64,000 nt of DNA from Eledone cirrhosa. Its lineage: Eukaryota. The translations under genes and the position numbers were made by a program. This document shows positions 27,561 through 40,400 of the stretch, in pieces. The stretch is taken from assembly GCA_964016885.1 (NCBI GenBank), contig OZ024754.1, forward strand, positions 14,198,001-14,262,000, written 5' to 3'. The notes beneath the pieces are model-generated. The model searched no databases. It saw only the letters and a program-made list of their open reading frames with translations, and was not told the DNA's origin. Within the stretch, counting starts at the first letter, position 1. Every line of letters begins with the position of its first letter.

Positions 27561-28689
27561 CTGCTCCATTTCATGCTGTGCAATAAGTATTTTATTAATC
27601 AAATCTAAATTCCTATGACTTACGTCTGCTTTACGAGTGTTACCATAGATCCCGAAGTCAACTTTGCCTATCATCCTTTCAAGGTCGATAAAAAAACTAC
27701 CAGTCTAGTACTGTGATCGATTCTTCCTCTATATCTCTTTCTTTCATTCTCTCACTCTTTCTTTCCTTCACTGGAAGAAGTCTCCGCCAGGTTAAAAAAG
27801 GGTTGCCCTGGAAACGCCCTATGTCAATACGGTGACTCTATGTCTCCCCCGGGAGTTACGGGACCATACATACAACGATAGATCCTCCATCGATTTCAAC
27901 GATGAGCATACAGTTGTTCGATCAATTGAACGTCCAACACGTGACAGAGCATTGAACACTCCACTGACACGTGTATCATTAACGTAATCCCCCCAAAACA
28001 AAGTCAATGCGATAATATGTGACAAGATTAGATCGAGCTTGCATAAAGTTTCTGTTTACCAAATTTCATTCACAAAACCAGGGTGAACCCGAAGCTCTGG
28101 TAAAGAGACTTGTCTAAGATATCACGCAATAGAATCGAACCCAGGACCCTATGATTGCGAGGCGAACGTATTAACCACTCAGTCAAGCCAGTTTTTTTTT
28201 TACATCATGTATTTAACATGTAGGCGGCGAGTCGTTAGAACGTCGGATAAGAATGCCTTGTGGTATTTGTTCCAACTCTCTGCTCTCTAAATTCAAATCC
28301 CGCCGAAGTCAACTTTGCCTTTCATCCTTTCGAGGTCGATAAAAAAGTACCAGTCTAGTACTGGGGTGGATTCTTCCTCTATATCTCTTTCTCATTTCCT
28401 CTCTCTCACTTTCTATCTTTCTCTGGAAGAAATCTACTGTACTCAGACCTGAAGAGGGATGGGTTCCGCCAGGCTTAAAATACCCAAGAAATGCTGTATG
28501 TCAATACAGAGCTCCTACAATTCTATCAGGAGTTACGAGACCATAGCCTACTTAAGAGAACATAGATGATGTAAGTCCCCTCAAAACTACAGGCCCATGC
28601 CAACTAATTTGATCTGTTTCTAACTCCTCCATTACTCCTAGTTCCACATGCACCACTTTTCGTACTACCCCACCCGTAGTACAACCCTG

Positions 28690-28935
28690 GATGTCAACCC
28701 CCTCACCCCACCACCCCCAGTGTCATCCACTTCCAACCCATCCCCACCCTCAGTGTCACCGACTCCCACCCCACTCCCCACTCCCCACCCACGCCCAACC
28801 CCACCCACTCCCAACCCACAGTCCCACCCACTCCCAACCCTCAGTGCCACCCACTCCCCACCCATTCCCAACCCACAGTCCCACCCACTCCCAACCCCCA
28901 GTGCCACCCACTCCCCACCCCCAGTGCCACCCAGC
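28690..28935 (-). repeat. G-rich low-complexity repeat (G-quadruplex-prone on the minus strand)
   Basis: Dense CCC/CCCC runs on the + strand, with a 60-bp internal duplication. Confidence 0.7.
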
Positions 28936-28998
28936 AAAAAAATTATAATGAAAATCAGTCAACAATAATTTACTCCTTTTATCCAAATTAATTGGTTT

Positions 28999-29038
<40 letters not shown>

Positions 29039-29685
29039 CATACATACATACAAACACATACATACATACATACATACAAACACACACGCAATACATATAT
29101 ACATATATACACATACACACATTCATACACACACGCATACCCACACCTATACACGCATAAGCATATTTGAACAAACATAGACGCACACATATTCTCGAAC
29201 ACACACACATATTCTCGAACACACACACACGATCACATGAACACACACATACACATACACACACATTTTAGTAAACAGGATGCATTTAACAAGATCTCAT
29301 ATTCCATTCCAAAATATTGATGAAATAAATACGAATAAAATATGAGATATGAAAACCACAAAACAATCTTCATGAAAAAACACAAGATAATCTTCCTGAA
29401 AAATATAAAACCATCTTCCTCTAACTTATTTTGCTGACAATATCGTATTAGGAAACATGGCTGCCTAATGAATATTTTAATGTTTTATCAACATCAGAGA
29501 GGCAGCAAGTTATTAGAATGTTGGATAGAATGCTTTGCTGTATTCGTTTCCCGCTCTCTGAGTTCAAATCCCACCAAAGTCAACTTCAATTTCGCCTTTC
29601 AAATATTGTGTTGGAAGGTAAAAGAAAGACACAAATATGAACACTGAAACATTTGCAAATATAAGCTCCGAGTTTCGATAACAAC

Positions 29686-30147
29686 TGAATAATTGTTTCT
29701 ACGTTAGGCACAAGGCCATCAATTACCCAGTACATTACTGGTACTTTATTTTATCGACCCCGTAAGGATGAAAGGCAAAGTTAACCTCGGCGGGATTTGA
29801 ACTCAGATTGTAAAGGGACAACTATAATAATTGTTTCTACTTTTGGCACAAGGCCATCAATTACCCAGTACATTACTGGTACTTTATTTTATCGACCCCG
29901 TAAGGATGAAAGGCAAAGTTAACCTCGGCGGGATTTGAACTCAGATTGTAAAGGGACAACTATAATAATTGTTTCTACGTTAGGCACAAGGCCATCAATT
30001 ACCCAGTACATTACTGGTACTTTATTTTATCGACCCCGTAAGGATGAAAGGCAAAGTTAACCTCGGCGGGATTTGAACTCAGACCGTAAAGGGACGTAGC
30101 TATGCTGGAAAGCATGGCGTCCGACCCTCTACCGATACTACCAATCC
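29686..30147 (-). mobile_element. SINE with two extra tandem 138-bp copies of its 3' portion
   Basis: aattgtttctac recurs at 29691, 29829 and 29967. Only the last copy has the A-box head. Confidence 0.85.
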
Positions 30148-30502
30148 AAATGAACTCTATAGATAATGAACATAACCACAAGGATATGGTCCGAACGTAG
30201 AAGAGCCGAACTCCCACTGTCATCGACTCCATCTCTCTCGCCCCCACCCCTATCTCTCTATATGGTGAGCAAATGGGGTCCCACGTGCTGGCCTCCCCAC
30301 AACCCCGGCGGACAGAATGGAGAAGGCGTTTCCCCGTAGGTTGGTAAGGGAGATGCTCGGTTGAACATGAACAGATCCGTTGAATATAAAATAGTTAAAC
30401 TTATATCTGTATAAAGACAGAGTGTGTAACCGAGACTGCAACAATGTGTATATAAATATACACACTTTTACTATGTAGACACACGAATTGAAATGATGAT
30501 AA

Positions 30503-30554
30503 ACGACTTTAATCGATTTTCGGATCTAATTCGATCTTCATCAGCAGAAGGCGT
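30503..30554 (-). ncRNA. Minimal hammerhead ribozyme motif
   Basis: CTGATGA agatc-gaatta-gatcc GAAAA TCGA TTA. Palindromic stem III loop; stem I is imperfect. Confidence 0.55.
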
Positions 30555-30996
30555 GTATATCATCCAATCAACAACAAGGAAACATGTATTTGAGAAATAT
30601 ATCTGAGTATATATATATATATATATATAAAAGGAACGATCGACTTTTTTGTCAAATCGGACCGAGGGAACAATGTTTCCGTTGGTCTTTCCAATTGCTA
30701 ATACTATCTATCGGTCGTAACTCCAGGTAGAAGGAGCAACGTGAAATAAAGTGTCTTGCTCAAGGACATAACGCATCGCCTGGTCCAGGAATCGAACTCA
30801 CAACCTTACGATTGCGTATACAATTCTCTAACCACTTATATATATATATATAATTCGCTTTTGAATTTGTTTTGAGAGATTTTTTATTTGAAAACGTGTT
30901 GAAATAGATATTGTCTCTCCTTTGTTCTGTCCTTCACCATCAAAAACAAGATGGCGTAGGAGAGAACAAAGGAGAGACACACAAAATAAAACCCTA

Positions 30997-31039
30997 GTCA
31001 CTGAGAAGGTCACAGAATGTGTGACGAAAGAGCTTTGAC
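30997..31039 (+). ncRNA. Decayed hammerhead motif (second family member at 60185-60227)
   Basis: gtca CTGAGAA g gtcaca-gaatg-tgtgac GAAAG AG CTT tgac. The other copy has CCGAAGC, so the consensus is CTGAAGA. Confidence 0.5.
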
Positions 31040-31162
31040 AATATATAAACAACCTTCCGGTTATCGAACCAACCAACCAACCAGCTGGAAACTTGTAATA
31101 AATTGAAGCGAAAACCAACAGGTGCGTGTGTTTTTATTGGCAACATGACCCTCCCGAAGTAT

Positions 31163-31237
<75 letters not shown>

Positions 31238-31611
31238 GGTCGCTCTCCGACAGGTTTGAGGTCGTACCCTTGGCAGTGGAGACTTCTAGTGCCCTTAGCC
31301 CTAGGGCTACCTCCCTACTTACCACCATAGGTGCTGAACTGGCCAGCCGCAGTTGTGAGCTTCGCGAGATGGAATGGCTCTTTCAGTGCAATCTCCCTTA
31401 CCATCCTCCGGGGAAACGCCTTCTCCATTCTGTCCGCCGGGTGGGGCGGCCATTACCTGGGACCCCATTTGCTCACCATACAGAGAGATGGGGAGGGCGA
31501 GAGAGATGGGGGCGATGACAGTGGGAGTTCGGACACATTGCACCTGTCATGCGGATCATGTGATATATATTTCGAAATATTTACTTCTGCGTTCACAGAT
31601 TGATTTTTTTT

Positions 31612-31662
31612 AGTTTCAGAAGATCCCGTTAAGGGTGAAAGCAGCGATTCTTTGCTTAAACT
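31612..31662 (+). ncRNA. Hammerhead-like motif with U4A core change
   Basis: agttt CAGAAGA t ccc-gttaa-ggg t GAAAGCA-gcgattctt-TGCTT aaact. All three stems pair. Related sequence forms an inverted pair at 61060-61180. Confidence 0.55.
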
Positions 31663-31732
31663 TGAATCTGTTATTTTTATATATATATATATATATTTAT
31701 TATATATATATATATAAATATATATATATATT

Positions 31733-31791
<59 letters not shown>

Positions 31792-32169
31792 AGTCGGAAA
31801 GTTTGGTGTTAATAGAGAGATATTCATAAGAAATATTCCAATTAGTGAAATAAACAAACGAAGACACGTGACAGTGTCTCCTTAGTCTGAGATTAAAAGG
31901 GTGTGACGCAATCAGTATGTAGAGGGAGGAGGAGAAGAAGGAAGAAGGATAATTAGTTGTCTAAGTAGTTAATTAATAGATTAATTTGTTTATTAATTAT
32001 CAGAAGGTTTTCCGTTTTGATATAGTTTCTTTAGATAAAACAGATGGCTGTATATCTCGTCTACAAATATTGATACATACACAAATGTTGATACATACAC
32101 ACACATACACACATACACATACACACACATACATACATACACATACACACACATATATACACACACACA

Positions 32170-32201
<32 letters not shown>

Positions 32202-32329
32202 CACACACATACATGCACACACACATATATAGACACACACACGCATATACATACATACGTACATACATACTTACATACATACATACATGCATACTTACCT
32301 ACATACATACATGCAATACTCACCTACAT

Positions 32330-33290
32330 GAGACCCAGATAGTAACACTGAAGCAACACCTTCAACAGAGGAAAAAGGTTGGCAACCATCTTGCCCAGGT
32401 GTATGAGCATGAAAAAAAAATATCATTAGAATAGCGACTGATCTGGAGGAGAGATATGGAATAAAGCCTGATATAAATCTCTCCCCCACAGAAACCGGAA
32501 GATCCTATTCAATGTTCAAACAAGATGAAAAAATTGACCAATTTACAAAAAAAGTTGTGCATGGATACTTGAGACGTAAAACACAGACAATAGAGGGGAT
32601 AAACCACTCAAAAAGCCTGTCATGGAGTTCCGACAAGTTTATGACATCACGCCTTGAGGGATATCTCTATGCAATACAGGAACAAGAACTCCCTACCAAA
32701 TATCTGCTGTACAAAAAGGGAGGGCCATCAGCTGACAATAAATGTAGGCTATGTAAAACAAAGATCGGGGATGTAAGCCACATTGTTGCCAGCTGCGAAA
32801 GAATGTCATTTCGCTACTACCTCCCCATGAGACACGATGGGATAGCTAGAACCATCTGGAACGCACTTCGGAAAACAAAATTAACAACAAACGAGGAAGA
32901 ATATATTGAGACAGATGGCACTAAGGAATACTGGTGGAACCTGAAAATAAAAACTGCCACCAAATTAAAGCACAACCGGCCTGATATTGTTGTTTGGGAC
33001 CACACATTGAAAACGTGTTCTGTTGTGGAGATCAGTTGCCCACTTGATGTAAACGTTGTCAGAAAAATACAGGAGAAGGAGGACATCTACGGACCATTGA
33101 TGAGAATTTGCAAATCCAGTATCCAAGATACACCTTTAGCTTCATACCCATCATTATTGGAGCTACGGGTTATATACCAACCCGTTTGGACCAAAGTATG
33201 ACTGAACTTGGATTTGCGGACAAAGAGCGCAGCTCCCTAATTCATAGTCTACAAATGGCTGCGATAGCTGGCACCTTCAAAATTTGCATA
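32330..33290 (+). mobile_element. R4/Dong-like (restriction-like endonuclease) LINE, 3' fragment A
   Basis: AIQEQ, CRLC…HIVASC, RHD and RPDIVVWD…VEISCP motifs; frameshifted. Confidence 0.85.
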
Positions 33291-33299
33291 CATACAAAC

Positions 33300-34400
33300 G
33301 TACATCCGAGCAGTTGATGTTAGAACTCGAAAAATACTGAACAACATCAACAGTGACATAGACCGCCTTTACTTGAAACGTAAGCAGGGAGGCAGAGGCC
33401 TAACATCAGTCGAGACAACATTTGAATGTCGCATCATATGTCTCCGACAACATCTACGAACCTCGAAGCGTAGGAGCCCGTTTCTCGAGCAAGTGAGAGT
33501 TGGGAAGGAACTCCTCGAGAGATATTCCCTGTGTGACAATCAGGGATGTCGCTCAGCAGTATCGTAGTGAATCCATGGATGAAAAACTGCATGCCTATCA
33601 GCAAAAAATCATGCATGGATATGTTGCTAGGAAGCTCCAGAGTGAGAGTAATATAGATAAGGAAAGTAGTCTATCTTGGACCAACAACTGCTATATTGGC
33701 TCCCACTTTGAAGGGTACGCTTTTGTAATCCAGGAACAGGAGATTAGCACGAAATACCTGATTCACAAAAGAGATAGGGATGCAGGCAAAACACCTAGAT
33801 GTGATAACAAGTGCAGACTATGCAGAACTAACATTGAGGATATCACCATGTCATCAGCAGCTGTCCAAAGATGTCATCGCGGTACTATCTACCTATGAGG
33901 CATGATGTAGTGGCCAAAACACTGTACAATGCAGGTCGTAAAAAAGATAGCCCCGATAATAAACACATTAAAAGCTACAGCAATGTGGAGGACATCCATG
34001 TACATAATATGAAAGAGTACTGGTGGAATGTTCCAGTAAAAACCCCAATAAAATGCAGGCATAACAGACCAGATATTATGATATGGGACAGGGAGAAGAA
34101 AGCATGCGCAGTAGTGGAAATTAGCTGCTCACCAGATGCCAATATAATATCAAAGATTAGCGAAAAAGAGAATATTTATGCAGAACTGATGAGAAATCTG
34201 CAGATACTCCACCCTGATTACACCTTCAGATTTATGCCTGTGATTATTGGGGCACTGGGGTATGTTTTGACTGCCTCAATACAAATCTTGAGAAGCTAGG
34301 CTTCACAGGAACAGAAAGAACACAACTAGTTGGGAAATTACAAGTACAATCCATTAATGGAACAGTAAAAGTATGTAAAATATTCCAAAAATGTTGCATC
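33300..34400 (+). mobile_element. R4/Dong-like LINE, 3' fragment B (different family)
   Basis: GGRGL, IQEQEI, CRLC, RHD and RPDIMIWD…VEISC motifs; frameshifted. Confidence 0.85.
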
Positions 34401-34791
34401 TAATACACATGTACAGATACAAAGTATATACACATGCACACACACAACTCAAAACAACCACATCCACACATACAATAACATCCATATCTACACATGCATG
34501 CATACATACATATCTACCTAGTTGATGTTGTGTAAATTCCAATGAGAGAGTCTTGTGTCTATGTTAGAACCGACTCTCTCTCTATTGGCAAATATTTTTG
34601 AAATTATAAAACCAGAACATACATACATACATACATACATACATACATACATACATACATACATACATACTTACATAGGCACATAGATACATACATACAT
34701 ACATACATGCATACATGCATACATACATACATACATACATACATACATACATACATACATACATAGGTACATACATACATACATACATACA

Positions 34792-34819
<28 letters not shown>

Positions 34820-34823
<4 letters not shown>

Positions 34824-35045
34824 AACCAACCCGTTTGGACCAAAGTATGACTGAACTTGGATTTGCGGACAAAGAGCGCAGCTCCCTAATTCATAGTCTA
34901 CAAATGGCTGCGATAGCTGGCGCCTTCAAAATTTGCAAAACATTCTTGCGATTCAAGGGATGACAATTTCTTTTCTTTTACAACCTTGCTACCAGGAAGG
35001 TGGCCGGTCAAAAAAATATACTCGAAATTAAGAGAAAGAGATAAC
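34820..35045 (+). mobile_element. 3' terminus of R4-like element A, flanked by (TACA)n
   Basis: Repeats about 33171-33288, then continues KTFLRFKG* and a short 3' UTR into (CATA)n. Confidence 0.8.
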
Positions 35046-36048
35046 ATACATGCATACATACATACATGAATACATACATACATACATACATACATAGGTA
35101 CATACATACATACATACATACATACACAGGTACATACATACATACATACATACATACATACATACATACATACATACATACATACATAGGTACATACATA
35201 CATACATAGGTACATACATACATACACAAGTACATACATACATACATACATACATACATACGTACATACGTACATACATACGTACATACATACGTACATA
35301 CATGCGTGGGTTTTGAAATACACACACATACACGCCTACATACGTATACACGTGTAGGCGGTGAATTGGCCGTTAGAACTCCAGATGTATTGCGATCTTC
35401 GTTTCGGTTCTCTGAGTTCAAACTCAGATGATATCAACTTTGCCTTTCATACTTTCGAGGTCTTTGAAAATAGTACCATCCCAGTAGAGGGTCAGTTCTT
35501 TCCCTATATCTCTTTCTCGACTTCTGTGGAAGATATTGCCAAGTTTAAAATTTCCCCACGGCGTCCATAAGACTCCTTCAGGATTTACCGATATTTACAT
35601 ACTAAACAGTGATGCTAGAGCTGTTAAATCTTCCATGAATTAATTTCAACTATTTTTATTGATAACTGCATTGTTTCTCATTTAGTCATAAACTCCCTCT
35701 CTTACACACACACTTTTTCACATTCCCCTCCCCCCTACGCATTTATGTGTGTGTGTGTGTGTGTGTGTGCGTGCGTGTGTGTGTGTGTGCAATAGCCAGG
35801 GACTTTATTTTACGTTGCTTCATACACCCTCGGGGGCCTCATTTAAACAAATATTTTCATTTCATCATTAGTTTTTATTGTTTAACACAAAATCATCAAA
35901 AATTAGGGCCTCAAATTTCATCTAGCTTAGGGTCTCTAGCAGGCGAAGGCCTGACCCTGGCTGAGATTTGCGCCAAGCTCATCCACTTGTATGTTAACTG
36001 GTACTCTTATCGTCGACACCGATGGAGATCCATTCGATTCCATAGTTG

Positions 36049-36121
<73 letters not shown>

Positions 36122-36776
36122 GGGAATCAGTAAAATCGAATCTCTGGCGGTTTGCAAGTAATTCGGCCTACTTATATGAAGTGATGGGTTGGCGAAGCAC
36201 TCAAAAAGATAGGTCTCAGAGTTATAACATACGTTTAAATAGCGTGACAAATGGGACATTGTGGTAGGCTAAACTAACACACAATACATACCAAAGTAAC
36301 GAAGAATCTAATCAGGTTGAGGAAAAAAAAAAATATATATATATATATAGAGCGAGAGAGAGAGAGAATCAGAAAATGCGAAGTAGTTTCAGATGTTAAA
36401 AGTCCTTTTTCAATGACAACAATGGCCAAGAGATTCCGCGTACCCAGTGCCATGATCTCGTCAGACAGCTTGTTACATAATAAGGTTACGTTCCCGAGGT
36501 AATCCAAATTGAAACGACAAGGTAACAGACAAAGATGATGTTCTTGAAGCCTTCGGCCGTTCCCTTGTGAGCCCCAATTCACTTCCCTTGTTTATTCTTA
36601 TTCTAAATATACTCTGCCATTCCTATGTGGAAAAAGTAGTGCGTTGAATGCTTGATTGAATTGCATCAATATTTACCGTAAGTACACACACACACACACA
36701 CGTACACACACACACACACATACACACACGCACGCACACACACGCACATACACACGCACGCACACATACACGCACG

Positions 36777-36812
<36 letters not shown>

Positions 36813-36824
36813 ATAATAATAATT

Positions 36825-37187
36825 ATTATTTCTACTTTAGGCACAAGGCCAGCAATTACCCAGTGCATTACCGGTACTTTATTTTATCGACCCCGTAAGG
36901 ATGAAAGGCAAAGTCAACCTCGGCGGGATTTGAACTCAGATCGTAAAGGGACGTAACTATGCTGGAAAGCATGGCGTCCGACCCTAATAATAATAATAAT
37001 TGTTTCTACTTTTGGCACAAGGCCAGCAATTATCCCAGTACATTACTGGTACTTTATTTTATCGACCCCGTAAGGATGAAAGGCAAAGTTAACCTCGACG
37101 GGATTTGGACTCAGAATGGCAAGGGCCGTAACTCCATGCGTCAAAGCACGGCGTCCGACCCTCTACCGATACTGCCAATCCACCGCC
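36825..37187 (-). mobile_element. Two tandem SINE copies separated by (AAT)n
   Basis: Same family motifs as 12795-12980. Confidence 0.85.
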
Positions 37188-37464
37188 TAATAATAATAAT
37201 AATGATTTCTTTATTAACCACAAGGGTTTACATAAAGTAGACATTAAGGACAGTGCAGGACAATGCAGGACGGTACAAATGGGCATTTCTGCGTGTAAAA
37301 AAACAAAAACAGAGGATGTAACAAAAATAACAATGAAAATAACAATGAAAAATTCCCCAATAGGGGGAGACTTCGGAGGGACATTTGTGGAGAAAGCCCA
37401 GTAAAAAGCCACAATGACCCTGACCACCAAGGCAAGTGCCCTCTCCCAGTTTTCCACCTTTAGT

Positions 37465-40400
37465 TTACAGATATATACTCAGAGTCGGCCCATTCACTCG
37501 GGCCATTCTTGCTTCTCTCACCCATCTTTCAACAAAATGCTGGGAAGAGAGCACTTCCTTCTCTACTCTGATTTTCCTTTTCAAATGAAATTTGAAAAAG
37601 TCAATCAGAGCATCACCGAAGAGGTAAGTGCTCGTCTTCAGCCCTTTCAAACGTGTCCACCATACTATCTCTTTCGCCATGGCCACCAGACAGATAAAAA
37701 CTGCCTGCCCTTCCCGGCTAAAGGAGGAGGGCGGGGCAATCCTCACGATAGACTCAGATGATAGCTGGATCCGTCCTAAACGCGACAGCAGGTGTTCGAC
37801 ATAAACCCACAAGTCAGCAATTTTCGGACACTGGACGAGTGCGTGCAGGACGGTTTCGTCGCCCTGCGCGCATCTCGGACATGCCCGGCTGACGGCACCT
37901 CCATGCCTGTAGAGTTTATCCCGAACTGGCAAGGCTCCTCGGTAGCACTGCCAGGCCAGAGATTTCTGGAAGTTGTCCATAGGCCCCGGCCCGAAAGTTC
38001 TTCCGAAGAGATTGGCTAGTTGATTTTCGTCGACGCCTAGAGTTTCCCCAAGTACGTCGTCGCTCTTCCCCTCCACTAATCCTCTATAGAACGCCGAGGT
38101 GGAGTTTCCACCGATCACATTGCCCGATTGGTCGAGGGCTGTGAGCGCCTGAAGACATTCCAGTCTCCAGGCGAACCCTCTCGGTCTTCGCTTGACCCAG
38201 GACTGCAGCTCCGTCAAGGAAACGAGCTGGGGAAAAACGCGTCTAGCAAACGGCGACCACACCTGATCACCGTCGAGGAAGAGGTGGAGATGTCGTAGCC
38301 TGAGCGCGTGCCTGCGCATCATCAGCCACGGCATGCCCAGCCCTCCACGTAGCGGGTGTTGACAACAGATGGACCGCCTGACCATCGGAGCACGTCCCTT
38401 CCACAAAAAGCGAAAGAGCAAACGCTCCAGCGCAGTCAGGCGAGGCTTAGGACAAGGTACGACGGTTAGGCGGTAGCAGATGACAGACGCGATGTACGCG
38501 TTAGCCACCTCCGCTCGACCTTTCAGGGATAGCTTCCTCTCCGCCCATTTCTGGGTGAGAGAAGCCACCCTGCTCGTCACCTCGTCCCAGTTTTTGTCCG
38601 TCTGGAGGTCCGGACCGAACCAGACCCCTAGCAATTTAACCGGTCCGTCCGTCCAGCGTCCGACGACGCTGTTGGACGGCATGGACCTGCCTCTCCAGGT
38701 GCCGAGCTGCAGGCCCACTGACTTTTCCTGGTTGATCATTGCTCCTGTCACCGCTTCGTATTCTCTTAGTGTAGTGCCGATCGCCTCGATGTGTTTGGCG
38801 TTCGACACCACTACGGTGACATCGTCCGCATATGCTGACACGGATCTTCCGCATCCTAGTTCGCGCGGGACTCCCCTCAACGTCTCCAGTTTGTGCAGTA
38901 ATGGCTCGAGAGTCAATACGTACAAGAGGGACGAGAGGGGACATCCTTGGCGGACCGAGCGCATGATGTTGAACGGTTCCGACAGGTGACCGTTCACTCT
39001 CACCACAGAGCAGATGTCGCTGTGCATGGCAGCGATCCAGCCTCTGAAGACGGGCCCAAAGCCAGCCGCCCTCAGGACTGCCGCTAGGTAACGATGGTCG
39101 ACCCTATCGAAAGCTTTCGACTGATCTAAATTGATCAAGGACCCACCCGTGCCAGGTTCCCTAGCCACCCTCTCTACGATGTATCGCATGAGGTGGAGGT
39201 TGTCGTGGATGGATCTGTCGGGAATGGCGCATGTCTGCGCCTCTCCCACCAGACCACCAACGACAAGCGCCAACCTCTTTGCTAGCACCTTGGCCAAAAT
39301 CTTAAACTCTGTGTTTAGCAGAGTTATGGGCCGGAAATTGTCTATGTTATCCCCCTTGTTCGGATCCTTTCTCAGCAGTGCCACCGCACCTCGGCTCACA
39401 GAACTGGGAATTCTCCCGTTCTGTTGCCAGTTGCAGTAGACGTCCGCCAAGAGGCCTCCGAACAAGTCTGGCATCTGTACGTAAAGTTCATAGGGCAGAC
39501 CATCCAAACCAGGCGATTTACCCCTTGTGCAGCCAGTCATTGCCTCCCGTACTTCAGCGGCTGTTATCGGCTTTTCGCAACACCTCGCCTCAGTGGCCGA
39601 GAGCCGCGGCAGTCCGTCGAGGTAGACACTAAAGTCCATCCCTCTACCCGGCCCCCCGCTGCCCCCGAACAGCTGAGCGAAGTGTCGCTGAAAAGCTTCA
39701 CACATTTGCCCGGGATCGAGTAGCATGCGCCCGTCGTGGTCCACCAAAGACCGGATCGTGGCTTTGTTGCCACGACGCGCCTCCGCCACTCGGGCCCATT
39801 GAACGGCTTTTGTCCCCTCGTGTCTGAGAGCACGCACCCTAGCTCTGACAACGCAGCCTTCGTGCTTTGCATTGAAGAATTGGTCAAGGGCCAATTTCGC
39901 CGCAAGCACGTCGGTCGCAATGCCTTTGCTAAGCGCCTCGTCTAATTTTCTAACTAGTTCTCCCTCTGCTCTATTTTTCTCTATTGCTAAAGCCTTACTA
40001 AACCTAATCGATTCTATTCTAATCGCTCTTTTCAGAGCAAACCACCACTTGTTGTTGACGATGGCCCCCGTCAACGCCCGCTTAACTAGTTCGCTAATCC
40101 GGTCTCTGTAGGCCTTGCGCGCTGGTAAGGACGCGTTTAGCTTCCAGTAGCCGGGTCCTCGTCTATGAAGCCTATCTAAGTCAAGCACACAGGTCACGAA
40201 TTTGTGGTCCGTGTAGCTGACTATCTTGAATTGTGGACAGCCTATGCTAGACCTATCTATTTCCCTACAAAATACTCTATCTAGATATGATCTGGATGAC
40301 CCTATGCGGTTTGTCCAAGTCCACATTGGCACATTCGGGAAATCCAATCGGTACCTGTCAGACAGTTCAAAACGCCTGAGCAGGTTGGTGAGGCTCTTGC

